In this document: piece by piece, positions 20,028 to 30,771 of the stretch
How positions within the stretch are numbered: the first letter of the stretch is position 1
How the letters are laid out: each line of letters opens with the position of its first letter
Assembly (NCBI GenBank): GCA_965116475.1
Contig: OZ220691.1
Span: 2,528,001 to 2,592,000 of the forward strand
DNA length: 64,000 bases
Source of the DNA: Gemmatimonadota bacterium
GTDB lineage: Bacteria; Gemmatimonadota; Gemmatimonadetes; Palauibacterales; Palauibacteraceae
Direction of reading: 5' to 3'
Position numbers and translations under genes: made by a program
Notes under the pieces: generated by a model
What the model was told of the DNA's origin: nothing
Database searches by the model: none
What the model saw: the letters and a program-made list of their open reading frames with translations, nothing else

Positions 20028-21637
20028 AATTGTCGGAAGTGATCCCAGCCGAACCGTCACCGACCTCCACGCTCAGCGTCGCCGGTCTCTTCGCCCGGCA
20101 CGCGGAGTTGAGCCCGCACGCGCCCTGCATATGGGCGGGGGGCGGATCGTGGAGCTATTCCCGCGTCGCCGCGCAGGCGCGCGCCCTCGCGGCGGGGCTT
20201 CACAACCTGGGCGTCGAGCCGGGCGACCGCGTCGCGGTCCAGCTGCCCAACTGGCCCGAATTCGTCGTCTCCACCCTCGCGGTCGCGGAAGCGGGCGCCG
20301 TCCTCGTGCCCATCAGTCCGAACTGTTCGCCGCGCGAACTGCGCTTCACGCTGCGGAACTCCGAGGCGGCCGTCGCGATCACGGCGGAGAACTGGAACGG
20401 GGTGGACTATCTGCAGCGTTTCGAGAACCTCCTCGCCCGGCTGCCGGACCTTCAGTACGTGGTGACGGTCGGAGACGAGGATCTCTGGTACGACGACCGG
20501 ATCTTCCAGTTCGAAGACCTCGTCGCGAGCGGCCGCGGTCGGGAAGTCCCCCCGGCGGAGGTGGACCCGCGCCGGGATCCCTGCGCCATTCTGTACACGC
20601 CCGGGACCACGGGGGCCCCGAAGGGGGTCGTCCTCACGCACGACAACCTGGTGCGGACCGCCCTCGCGACGGCCGCGCGGCTGGAGTTGGACGGCGAGGA
20701 TCGAACGCTGTGCATCGTCCCGCTGCCGAACATCTTCGGGCTCACCGCGCTGCTCACGACGCTCGGCACCGGAGGAGCGCTGGTGCTGCAGGAGACCTTC
20801 GACGCGACCGGTGCGCTCGCGCTCGCGCGGGAGTACGAGGCCACGGTCGTTCACGGCGTCCCCACCATGTTCGTGATGCTGCTGCGGGCGCTGGAGCAGG
20901 GCAGGGCCCGGCCCGACGCGCTGCGCACCGGGGTCATCGCGGGCGCCCCGGTAGGCGAGGATCTCGTGCGTGACGTGCGCCGTCGCCTGATTCCGGATCT
21001 CGAGAGCGCCTACGGCCTCACCGAGACCTCCCCCACGGTGTCGATCACGACCCGGTCGGATCCCGAGCCGAAGCGGGCCCACACGGTGGGTCGCCCGCTC
21101 GATGGGGTCGAGCTCCGGGTGCTTGACGAAGCCGACGCGGAACTCCCCGACGAGTCGGTGGGTGAACTCGCCGTGCGTGGTTTCAACGTGATGCAGGGGT
21201 ACTTCCGTCAGCCCGGCCAGACCCGAAAGACCATGACGCAGGACGGCTTCCTGAAGACCGGTGACCTTGCGATGGTGGACCCCGAGGGTTACCTGCATAT
21301 CGTCGGTCGCCTGAGCGACGTGATTCTTCGCGGGGGCAACAGCGTACATCCCGCGGAGATCGAAGCGCAGCTCCGGTCCCACCCTGCGGTGGAAGAAGCG
21401 GTGGTTCTCGGGATCCCCAACGACGTGCTGGGTGAACTCATCTGCGCCTGCGTAGTCACCGCCGAAGGGGCCTTGATCACGGCCGACGAAATCCGCGATT
21501 TCTGCCACGAGTCTCTGGCAGAGCACAGAGTGCCGGATCTCATTCACTTCCTGGATGAGCTTCCGGAGGCTTCCAGCGCACAAGCGCGCCGGGTGAATCT
21601 GGCCCGCATCGTGCGCGCCGAGGCCGAACAGACCTGA
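20024..21637 (+). CDS. Class I adenylate-forming enzyme (acyl-CoA ligase-like) with degenerate motifs
   Basis: YTPGTTGAPKG, AYGLTET, GYF, KTGDL. Start at TTG 20024, TTG 20030 or GTG 20039. Confidence 0.85.
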   Translation: MKLSEVIPAEPSPTSTLSVAGLFARHAELSPHAPCIWAGGGSWSYSRVAAQARALAAGLHNLGVEPGDRVAVQLPNWPEFVVSTLAVAEAGAVLVPISPNCSPRELRFTLRNSEAAVAITAENWNGVDYLQRFENLLARLPDLQYVVTVGDEDLWYDDRIFQFEDLVASGRGREVPPAEVDPRRDPCAILYTPGTTGAPKGVVLTHDNLVRTALATAARLELDGEDRTLCIVPLPNIFGLTALLTTLGTGGALVLQETFDATGALALAREYEATVVHGVPTMFVMLLRALEQGRARPDALRTGVIAGAPVGEDLVRDVRRRLIPDLESAYGLTETSPTVSITTRSDPEPKRAHTVGRPLDGVELRVLDEADAELPDESVGELAVRGFNVMQGYFRQPGQTRKTMTQDGFLKTGDLAMVDPEGYLHIVGRLSDVILRGGNSVHPAEIEAQLRSHPAVEEAVVLGIPNDVLGELICACVVTAEGALITADEIRDFCHESLAEHRVPDLIHFLDELPEASSAQARRVNLARIVRAEAEQT

Positions 21638-21793
21638 TCGCCGCGGCGGTCGCCGGGCAAAGCGGCCCGCGACCGGACCGGCGAGAACGCGAACGGCAGT
21701 TCGTAGACCCCTCTCACCATCCCCCCCGCCACCGGGGGCGAGGCAGAGGGGCCTCACCGGGCCCGTTCGCGGCAACGAACGGAACTAGAGGAC

Positions 21794-24058
21794 ATGAACG
21801 ACATGTACACGCGGGCGCCTCACCGGCGTCCCTCCGCCGATATGGCAGACGCCGCGGCGCTTCTCATCGATTTCGACAACGTGACCATGGGGATCCGGTC
21901 CAACCTGGGACAGGAACTCCGAAACTTCCTCGATTCGGACATCATTCGCGGCAAGGTGGCCGTGCAGCGGGCGTACGCGGACTGGCGGCGCTATCCCCAG
22001 TACATCGTGCCGCTCTCCGAGTCCTCCGTCGATCTCATCTTCGCGCCCGCCTACGGGTCGTCGAAGAAGAACGCCACCGATATCCGACTCGCGATCGACG
22101 CGCTCGAACTGGTGTTCATACGCCCCGAGATCGGGACCTTCATCCTCCTCTCGGGGGACTCCGACTTTTCGAGCCTCGTGCTGAAGCTGAAGGAGTACGG
22201 GAAGTACGTGATCGGCGTGGGGCTCCAGGAGTCCACCTCGGACATCCTCGTCCAGAACTGCGACGAGTACTACAGCTACAACCGGCTGTCCGGGCTCACG
22301 GCGGCCGACGAACTCCAGACGGAGAAGCACGACCCGTGGGAGTTGACGAGCAGGGCCGTGGCGCGCATGGCCGAGCGCGGCGACGTCATGCGGTCGGACC
22401 GCCTGAAGCAGGTGATGCTGGAGATGGATCCGGGCTTCGACGAGAAGACCGCCGGGTTCTCCCGGTTCAATCGGTTTCTGAGTGAAGCGGCCAAGCGCGA
22501 TCGAATCGTGCTTCAGAAGCGGGAAAACGGCCAGTACGATGTCGGGCTGCCGTCCGGCGCCGCGTCGGCGGCGGCGAGCGGCGGCACGGTATCCTCCAGG
22601 GGGGAGACCTCGACGGCCGGGAGCCGCGGTCGGCGCGGCCGTCGCGGAGGCTCCGGCCGTGGGCGCGGCCGCGCCTCCGCCCCGAAGACCTCGGAAGGGC
22701 GCGCACCCGCCAAGACCGAAAAACCATCGGCGAAGACGACCGCGAAGGCGGTGGACTCTTCGGCGGCTGCCCTCGAAAGGGCCTACGAAGCGCTGAAGCG
22801 GGCGGTGGCCGAACTCTCGCGGGACGGAGCCCCGGTCCGCGATTCCATGGCCAAGCGCAAGCTGCTGCAGCACGACGGCACCTTCGATGAAGGCAGCGTC
22901 GGCTTCAGCAAGTTCAGCCTGTTCCTGCGGGCGGCGCACGACGCCGGCGTCGTGCGGATGTCGCGGCATGACGACGGCAATCACTATCTGACCGTCGTGG
23001 ACGCGCCGGCCGCGCCCGCGCGCAAGGCGGCGTCGGAGCCGGCCGGAAGCTCGGACGAGGCGGGTGGACGGTCCCCCCTGTCCGCTGCGGCGAGGGCCGC
23101 GCGCAAGACGCTCGGCCGCTTCCGGCGAGGGCCGGCACCCCGCAGCGAGGCGGCGCCCTCCAGCAAGCCGGCGCCCTCCAGCAAGCCGGCATCCCGCAGC
23201 GAAGCGGCGTCCCCGAGCAAGCCGGCGCCCCGCAAGCCGGCGCCCCGGAGCCAACCGGCGTCCCGGCGTGCCCCAGCGTCTCCGGCGGCCGGTGCGGACG
23301 CGCAGCGTCAGCCAAAAAAGCCGGCTCAGCAGCGGAAGGCGGAGCCGCCTCGGTCCGAACGTGGCGGTAAGGACGCGTCCGGCGCGCAGGGGGCGAAGGC
23401 AGCCGCGAAGGGCCGGTCGGATCAGCGTCAGGCGGATCGGCGCCGGCCCGATGAGCGCGGTGGCCGGCCCGCGGAGCGCCGCGGCCAGCCGAAGGCGCGG
23501 GAAGCGCGCGCCTCGGAGCCGGGTCGCGAGAAGGCGGCGCCGAAGAGGGAGCCGGCGGCGTCGGCGCCGAAGCCCGAGCCGAAAGCCCGGGACAGCCAGC
23601 CCAGCGCCCGCGAGACGACGCCTTCCCGGCGAACGCTCGGGCGCTACCGGTCGGGGTCGCGCGGGCGGACGGCGGCGCCAGGCGCGGCGAAGCAGGCGGG
23701 CGCTCCCCGTATCGGCCCGGTCGCCGACGAGGAACCGGCCAAGGGGGAGACGAAGAAGGAAGCGGCGCGCGCCGACGCTCCGACTCGCGGCAGGCCGGCG
23801 GCCAAAGAGGCGGGAAGGGCCGGCAAGGCATCCCGCGGAACCGCGAAGCCGGCCGCGAAGTCGGCTGGAGGGCCCATCGGGCACATGGTCCGCAACTATG
23901 CGGGCGTCGGGAAGCGGACGGCGGAGGTGCTCTTCGACCATTTCGGCGACCGCGTGTTCGAGGTCATAGACTCCGAGCCGGCGCGCCTGACCGAAGTACT
24001 CTCGGAAGGTCGGGCGAAAGTGGTTCGCGAGGCCCGGCGCGCAGAGCTGGACAGCTGA
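21794..24058 (+). CDS. NYN-domain protein with two OST-HTH/LOTUS domains, a long low-complexity linker and a C-terminal HhH-like domain
   Basis: IDFDN, YADW, KNATDIRLAIDA, SGDSDF, CDEY (NYN); two xFDExxxGFSxFxxFL motifs (LOTUS); GVGKRTAE at the C-terminus; RBS GAGGA. Confidence 0.88.
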   Translation: MNDMYTRAPHRRPSADMADAAALLIDFDNVTMGIRSNLGQELRNFLDSDIIRGKVAVQRAYADWRRYPQYIVPLSESSVDLIFAPAYGSSKKNATDIRLAIDALELVFIRPEIGTFILLSGDSDFSSLVLKLKEYGKYVIGVGLQESTSDILVQNCDEYYSYNRLSGLTAADELQTEKHDPWELTSRAVARMAERGDVMRSDRLKQVMLEMDPGFDEKTAGFSRFNRFLSEAAKRDRIVLQKRENGQYDVGLPSGAASAAASGGTVSSRGETSTAGSRGRRGRRGGSGRGRGRASAPKTSEGRAPAKTEKPSAKTTAKAVDSSAAALERAYEALKRAVAELSRDGAPVRDSMAKRKLLQHDGTFDEGSVGFSKFSLFLRAAHDAGVVRMSRHDDGNHYLTVVDAPAAPARKAASEPAGSSDEAGGRSPLSAAARAARKTLGRFRRGPAPRSEAAPSSKPAPSSKPASRSEAASPSKPAPRKPAPRSQPASRRAPASPAAGADAQRQPKKPAQQRKAEPPRSERGGKDASGAQGAKAAAKGRSDQRQADRRRPDERGGRPAERRGQPKAREARASEPGREKAAPKREPAASAPKPEPKARDSQPSARETTPSRRTLGRYRSGSRGRTAAPGAAKQAGAPRIGPVADEEPAKGETKKEAARADAPTRGRPAAKEAGRAGKASRGTAKPAAKSAGGPIGHMVRNYAGVGKRTAEVLFDHFGDRVFEVIDSEPARLTEVLSEGRAKVVREARRAELDS
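23134..23270 (+). repeat. Imperfect 18-bp in-frame tandem repeat
   Basis: Encodes APRSEA-APSSKP-APSSKP-ASRSEA-ASPSKP-APRKP-APRSQP; boundaries approximate. Confidence 0.75.
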
Positions 24059-24660
24059 ACGACCCGACCGGCCCGGATCCCGCATCCGGACCGATCGGCG
24101 CCGACTTTCTTTCCCGCCCCGCCGTGGAGGTGGCGCGGGCGCTGCTCGGGTGCACGGTGCGTTCCGATTGCGCCGGCGAGCGGACGGTCGGCCGGATCGT
24201 CGAGACGGAAGCCTACACCGGGCCCGAGGACGACGCCTGCCATGCGGCGGAGCGGATCGGCCGCACCGCGCGGAACGCGCCGCTGTTCGGACCTCCGGGC
24301 ACCGCGTACATCCACCGCAACTACGGCATCCACTGGCTGCTGAACGTGGTCACGGGACCGGAGGGCTTTCCGGCCGGCGTCCTCCTGCGCGCGGTGGAGC
24401 CCACCGATGGTCTCGCGGTCATGCGCCGCCGCCGCGGCCGCGCCGAACTCACCAACGGTCCGGCCCGACTCGCCCAGGCGCTCGGGGTGGGCCCCGAGAT
24501 GCAGGGGCATCGGCTCGATCATCCTCCGCTCTCCCTGCATTGGGGAGAGCCTGTCCCGGAGGCGGCCGTCCGGGTCACGACGCGGATCGGGATCTCGCGC
24601 GCGGCAGACCGACCCCTCAGGTTCTACGATCGACGGAGCCGCTGGGTCTCGAAGCGCTGA
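24055..24660 (+). CDS. mpg: DNA-3-methyladenine glycosylase (MPG/AAG family)
   Basis: VARALLG, GRIVETEAY, YIHRNYGIHWLLNVV, VLLRAVEP, LTNGPARL, RIGIS. Start uncertain (CTG 24055 or GTG 24124). Confidence 0.92.
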   Translation: MNDPTGPDPASGPIGADFLSRPAVEVARALLGCTVRSDCAGERTVGRIVETEAYTGPEDDACHAAERIGRTARNAPLFGPPGTAYIHRNYGIHWLLNVVTGPEGFPAGVLLRAVEPTDGLAVMRRRRGRAELTNGPARLAQALGVGPEMQGHRLDHPPLSLHWGEPVPEAAVRVTTRIGISRAADRPLRFYDRRSRWVSKR

Positions 24661-24698
24661 GTCGCCGCCACGGGCCGCTAAACGCCGGGAGGACGTGA

Positions 24699-26135
24699 AT
24701 GGCCGAAATCGCTCTGCAGGAAGTCACGACGTACGGCTTCGCTTCGCTTCTCCCACCGCTGCTGGCCATCGGGCTCGCGATCTACACGCGCCAGGTCTTC
24801 CTCTCCCTGGCGGCCGGCATCTGGCTCGGACACACGATTCTCTCCGGCTGGAACCCGGCCGCGGGCGCCGCGGGGGCGATCGACGGCGCGATCGGGGTAT
24901 TGGGCGACGCGGGCAACGCGCGGGTGATCGTCTTCACGTTCCTCATCGGCGCCCTCATCGCCACGGTGGAGGCGAACGGCGGCATGCGGGGCTTCGTGCG
25001 CTGGGTCGAGGAGGCCCGGTGGGTGACGAACGCCCGGCGCGCGCAGATCATGGCCTGGCTGATCGGGATCGTCGTCTTCATCGAATCGAATCTCACCATC
25101 CTCGTCGCGGGCTCCGTGTCGCGGCCTCTCTTCGACCGCTTCCGGATCTCGCGGGAGAAGCTGGCCTACATCGTCGACTCGACCTCGGCGCCCGTCTGCA
25201 TCCTCATCCCGTTCAACGCGTGGGGCGCGCTGGTGCTGGGAATCCTGACCGAGCAGGGCGTGGGCAATCCGCTCGGCGTCTTCCTCCTCGCGATTCCGCT
25301 CAACCTCTACGCCGTCGCGGCCCTCATCCTCGCGGGCCTGACCGCTTTCCGGGGCTGGAACTGGGGTCCGATGAAGAAGGCCGAGGCGCGCACGCGGGAC
25401 GGGCGGCTCCACTGGGACCACGCCGTGGCGCTCGCGGACCCGGACGAGATCGCGCCGCCGCCGGCCGAGGGCGTCGCGCTCAAGCCGCGCAACATGCTGG
25501 TCCCGATCGCGGCCATGGTCGTCTCCATGCCCGTCTTCATGTGGGTCACGGGCGGGGGGACGATCGCGGAAGGTTCCGGCACGACGAGTGTGCTGTGGGC
25601 GGTGCTGGCAGGGCTGGCGCTCGCCTGGCTCCTCGCCCTGGGCCAGCGCTCTCTCGACCTCGAGGCGTTGAGCCGCGTCGGCCTCAAGGGAGCGGGCGCC
25701 CTGACCGGAATGGCGGTCGTGCTCTGGCTCGCGCTCTCGCTGGGTGACGTGACGGGGTCGCTGGGGACGGGGCTCTATGCGGCGGGCATCGTCGGAGACA
25801 CCTTCCCGCTCATGGCGCTGCTGCCGCTGGTCTTCGTCGTCACGGGCGGGATCGCCTTCGCTACGGGGAGCAGTTGGGGCACCTTCGCGATCATGCTCGC
25901 GGTGGCCATTCCGCTTGCGAACGCGCTTGGGCTGCCGCCCGCGCCGTTCGTGGCGGCGGTGCTGTCGGGCGGCATCTTCGGCGACCACTGCAGCCCGATC
26001 AGCGATACGACCATCATCGCCTCCCTCGCGTCGGCCACCGATCACATCGAGCACGTCCGCACGCAGATTCCGTATGCGCTCGTCGCGGGAGGGATCGCGA
26101 CCGCGGGCTTCGCCGTCGTCGGGGCGCTGATGTGA
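24699..26135 (+). CDS. Na+/H+ antiporter NhaC-family transporter
   Basis: Multi-TM; SREKLAYIVDSTSAPV, FATGSSWGTF, FGDHCSPISDTTI, HVRTQIPYAL. Confidence 0.9.
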   Translation: MAEIALQEVTTYGFASLLPPLLAIGLAIYTRQVFLSLAAGIWLGHTILSGWNPAAGAAGAIDGAIGVLGDAGNARVIVFTFLIGALIATVEANGGMRGFVRWVEEARWVTNARRAQIMAWLIGIVVFIESNLTILVAGSVSRPLFDRFRISREKLAYIVDSTSAPVCILIPFNAWGALVLGILTEQGVGNPLGVFLLAIPLNLYAVAALILAGLTAFRGWNWGPMKKAEARTRDGRLHWDHAVALADPDEIAPPPAEGVALKPRNMLVPIAAMVVSMPVFMWVTGGGTIAEGSGTTSVLWAVLAGLALAWLLALGQRSLDLEALSRVGLKGAGALTGMAVVLWLALSLGDVTGSLGTGLYAAGIVGDTFPLMALLPLVFVVTGGIAFATGSSWGTFAIMLAVAIPLANALGLPPAPFVAAVLSGGIFGDHCSPISDTTIIASLASATDHIEHVRTQIPYALVAGGIATAGFAVVGALM

Positions 26136-27514
26136 AGCACGTCCTGCCCGTCTCCTGGACGGAGGCCGGCGGGCGCGGGCGCGTCGGCGGGGTGGCCCTG
26201 ATGGAACTCGCCGCCCGCTTCGGGACGCCGCTGGTCGTCGTCGACGAAGGCCACGTCGAGGACCGACTCGCCCGCTTTCGCGCCGCCTTCGGACCCGATG
26301 CCGCGCTGACGTACGCCGGCAAGGCCTTCCTGTGCGGGGCCCTGGTGCGGCTCCTGGCCCGGGAGGGCTGGCTCGTGGATGTCGTCTCCGGCGGGGAACT
26401 CGAACTCGTGCGGCGGGCCGGGTTCCCGCTGCGCGACGTCATCCTGCACGGGAACGCAAAGTCGGCCGCCGAACTGGAACGGGCCATCGAGTACGGCGTG
26501 GGTCGGATCGTCATCGACCATCCGGACGAGATCGCCGATCTGCGGCGAGCCGCGGGCGCGGTCGGGTCCGGCCATCGTCCCGATGTGCTCCTGCGGCTGA
26601 ACGTGGACCTGACGCCGGAGACGCACGAGAAGGTTCGGACCGTGGGGCCGGGCACGCATTTCGGGATGTCGCCGTCGGTTGCGGCGTCCGTGGCGCGGCG
26701 CATCGCGGGCGCGGGGGAGTGGCGCCTGACCGGCGTCCACATCCACGCGGGCAGCCAGATTCGGGATCCCGCGCTCTTCTCCCGCGTCGCCGAGGCGGCG
26801 GTGGATTTCGCGGCGCCGCTACGGCTGTGTTTCTCCGGGACGGTCGACCTGGACCTCGGGGGAGGGCTCGCGGCGCCGTACCGCGCCGGGGAAGAGGTGC
26901 CCTCGCCCCGGGAGTATGCCGAGGCGCTGGAGGCCGGCCTGCGCCGGTCCGGCGCGGAGGCGCGGCTGGGGGCGTACCGGCTCATCGTCGAACCGGGACG
27001 GTCGGTGATCGCGAACGCCGGCCTCACCCTCTACACGGTTCACGCGCGCAAACGTCTCGATGGGGCCGGGGAGGCGCTGGCCGTGGACGGCGGGCTGTCC
27101 GACAACCCGCGCCCGTCGCTCTACGGAGCGAGCTACGAGGTGCTCAACGCGTCGCGCGCGCGCGGCGAGGCCGGGCGGTCGTTTCGCGTCGTGGGGAGGC
27201 ACTGCGAGTCGGGCGACGTGATCGCGCCGGCGGCGACGCTGCCCGGCGACACGGCCGTGGGCGACGTGCTCGCCGTCCCGGGCACGGGCGCCTACGTGTT
27301 CGCGATGTCGAGCCGGTACAACGGGGTCGGACGCCCCGCCGTGGTCTTCGTGCGGGACGGCGAGGCGCGGGAGGTGGTGCGCCGCGAAACGGACGACGAT
27401 CTCCTGGCGTGCGACCTCACGCTCGGCAGCCCGGCGCCGGCCCGCGACGCCCGGCAGTCTGCGGCCAAGCCCTGCGTCAGCGCCGCCGCAGTTCGGCCGT
27501 CGCGAGCACGCTGA
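26132..27514 (+). CDS. lysA: Diaminopimelate decarboxylase
   Basis: YAGKA (PLP lysine), SGGEL, HGNAKS, HAGSQ, DLGGG, EPGR, DNPRPSLYG, HCESGD; GTGA overlap with the transporter. Confidence 0.88.
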   Translation: MKHVLPVSWTEAGGRGRVGGVALMELAARFGTPLVVVDEGHVEDRLARFRAAFGPDAALTYAGKAFLCGALVRLLAREGWLVDVVSGGELELVRRAGFPLRDVILHGNAKSAAELERAIEYGVGRIVIDHPDEIADLRRAAGAVGSGHRPDVLLRLNVDLTPETHEKVRTVGPGTHFGMSPSVAASVARRIAGAGEWRLTGVHIHAGSQIRDPALFSRVAEAAVDFAAPLRLCFSGTVDLDLGGGLAAPYRAGEEVPSPREYAEALEAGLRRSGAEARLGAYRLIVEPGRSVIANAGLTLYTVHARKRLDGAGEALAVDGGLSDNPRPSLYGASYEVLNASRARGEAGRSFRVVGRHCESGDVIAPAATLPGDTAVGDVLAVPGTGAYVFAMSSRYNGVGRPAVVFVRDGEAREVVRRETDDDLLACDLTLGSPAPARDARQSAAKPCVSAAAVRPSRAR

Positions 27515-29276
27515 CGTCGGGGTCGAAGCGCACGCCTTCGGCCCCCGCCGCGCCCGGAATCCGCAGCGTCGCCTGCCGCGCATCGAAGCGCACGCCCGCC
27601 CGGCGGCCATCGGCCGCGCCACCCTCGACCTCGAAGTCGAGATCGAGCGTGAACACCGGCCACTCCGCCGGCTGCACCTGGCGGATCGAGAGCACGAGAT
27701 CTTCCGCCTCCGGGCCCCATTCGATCTCGAGTCTCGGGTGCCCCGGACCGTGGACCCACTGGTCGAAGAACCAGCCCAGTTCGCGGCCCGAGGCGCGCTC
27801 GAACGCCTCCCGCACGTCGCGGGTGAGGGCCACGCCGTGAAGGTGGCCGGCGAAGTAGTCCCGGATCCCGCGGAAGAAGGCCTCGTCCCCGACGTGACGC
27901 CGCAGCATGTGAAGGATCCACGCGCCCTTCTGGTAGTTGTTCCGGTTCAGCAGGTCGAAGAGCTGGTTCGAGCTGGAGTCGGTGATCGCCTGCCCCACGA
28001 CATCCGATCCCACCGCCACCTCGCGACTCGCGCCCATGAGCGCGCGGAAGGCGTCGACCCCGTCCCGGGCCTCGAAATAGAGCGGGCCGAAGTAGCTCGC
28101 GAAGCCCTCGCTGATCCAGAGGTGGTGCCAGGACGCCGGGCTCACCGCATCGCCGAACCACTGGTGCGCGGTCTCGTGGGCGATGACGCCCTCGCCCATG
28201 CGGCGCTCCTCCCATGCTCCCCGCCCATAGAAGATCGCGCTCGAGTTCTCCATGCCCCCGAAGCGGGTCGACGACTCCACATGGGCGAGCTTCTCGTAGG
28301 GATAGGGCCCGATCAGCTCGCTGTAGAAGTCGAGCATGTCCGGCGCGCGCGAGAAGCGCTCCGCCCCGTAGTCGCCATCGCCGGCCAGCGCCCACACGGA
28401 CACGGCGGCGCAGGCCTCCCCGCCTCCCTCGGGGAGAGGCGCGGCCGGCGAGAGGCCGCAGGCCGCCCCGGCGAGGGGGCGACGCTCGAAGCGGGCCATC
28501 CCGACGACCATCGTATAGGAAGGGATCGGCGCGCCGGGATCGGTCTCCCAGGTCCACACCGTCCCGCCCTCCGCCCCCGGGCGCGTCTCCACGAGGCGCC
28601 CGTTGGCGATGACCTCGTATCCCTCCGGCGCCAGTACCTCGAAGCGGGCGGTGGCCTTGTCGAGAGGGTGATCGTTGGAGGGGAACCACCACCGCGCGCG
28701 GTTCGGCCAGTTGTCCGCGAACACGGCTGGCTCGCCGTTGCGATCCTCGCCGAAGAAGAGGCCGTTTTGGGGCGCGCCGCCGTATTCGACGCGGATCTCG
28801 CGCTCGGCCGCCGCCGTGGTCGGTTCGAACGGGCCGACCGTGAGCACCGAGCCGCCGCGACCGAACGCGATGGCCCGGCCGTCCATCGTCACGGATGCCA
28901 CCTCCAGCCCGATGAAGTCGAGGTCCACCCGGTCCGCTCCGGCGGCGAGCTCGCCGCGCAGCGTCGCCACGGCGGCGAACTCGCCGGAGGCGGGCCGCGA
29001 GAGGTCGAGTTCGAGCCGATAGTGCGCGACGTCGAAGCCGGCGCGGTCCGTCGGGTGCCGGAGTTCGATCCCCGGTTCGGGGGCCGCGGAGGCCGCTTCG
29101 AACCTCGGCTGCTCCGCCGGAATCCGGGGCGGGCGCGGGCCTTCCGGGGCCGGCCGACAGGCAGCCGAAAGGCCCGGCAGGAGGCACAGGAGGAGCGCCG
29201 AGCGGGGGAACGGCGACCCCGCGGGTCTTCCGCCGCCTTGCGGAGCGACTTCCCGCTCCCCACCGTGGCGGCGCAT
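27477..29276 (-). CDS. M1-family zinc aminopeptidase, probable lipoprotein
   Basis: GGMEN, HETAHQWFG, WISEG, YQKGAWILHML; LSAA-C lipobox; start uncertain. Confidence 0.92.
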   Translation of the reverse strand: MRRHGGEREVAPQGGGRPAGSPFPRSALLLCLLPGLSAACRPAPEGPRPPRIPAEQPRFEAASAAPEPGIELRHPTDRAGFDVAHYRLELDLSRPASGEFAAVATLRGELAAGADRVDLDFIGLEVASVTMDGRAIAFGRGGSVLTVGPFEPTTAAAEREIRVEYGGAPQNGLFFGEDRNGEPAVFADNWPNRARWWFPSNDHPLDKATARFEVLAPEGYEVIANGRLVETRPGAEGGTVWTWETDPGAPIPSYTMVVGMARFERRPLAGAACGLSPAAPLPEGGGEACAAVSVWALAGDGDYGAERFSRAPDMLDFYSELIGPYPYEKLAHVESSTRFGGMENSSAIFYGRGAWEERRMGEGVIAHETAHQWFGDAVSPASWHHLWISEGFASYFGPLYFEARDGVDAFRALMGASREVAVGSDVVGQAITDSSSNQLFDLLNRNNYQKGAWILHMLRRHVGDEAFFRGIRDYFAGHLHGVALTRDVREAFERASGRELGWFFDQWVHGPGHPRLEIEWGPEAEDLVLSIRQVQPAEWPVFTLDLDFEVEGGAADGRRAGVRFDARQATLRIPGAAGAEGVRFDPDVSVLATAELRRR

Positions 29277-29414
29277 GCTTCGTCGGGCGAGGGCCCGGCG
29301 TCTGTCCGATTCCATGGCGAAACGAAGTCCGGTCATCATACCCGCTCTCGAAAAAATGCCCGCCCGTTCGGCGGTCCGCCCGCTACGCGCCGCGCCTCAT
29401 GAGACTGTACGCCG

Positions 29415-30635
<1,221 letters not shown>

Positions 30636-30638
30636 CAG

Positions 30639-30716
30639 CGGGGCTTCTGCCACGGGCTGCTGGCTGTCGGGCTTTTCGCCACGGGCTGCCGGCTTTGCCC
30701 CGCTTTCGCCACGCGC
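30639..30716 (+). repeat. Imperfect 29-bp direct repeat, about 2.7 copies, intergenic
   Basis: CGGGGCTTCTGCCACGGGCTGCTGGCTGT / CGGGCTTTTCGCCACGGGCTGCCGGCTTT / GCCCCGCTTTCGCCACGCGC. Confidence 0.7.
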
Positions 30717-30771
30717 GGGGCGGGGCCCATATTCGGCTGTCGGTTCGCTCGGTCCCTACCCGGAGGATTCC

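Noticed and set aside
30639..30716. Mini CRISPR array
   Set aside because: Repeats are contiguous and degenerate with no unique spacers, and there are no cas genes.
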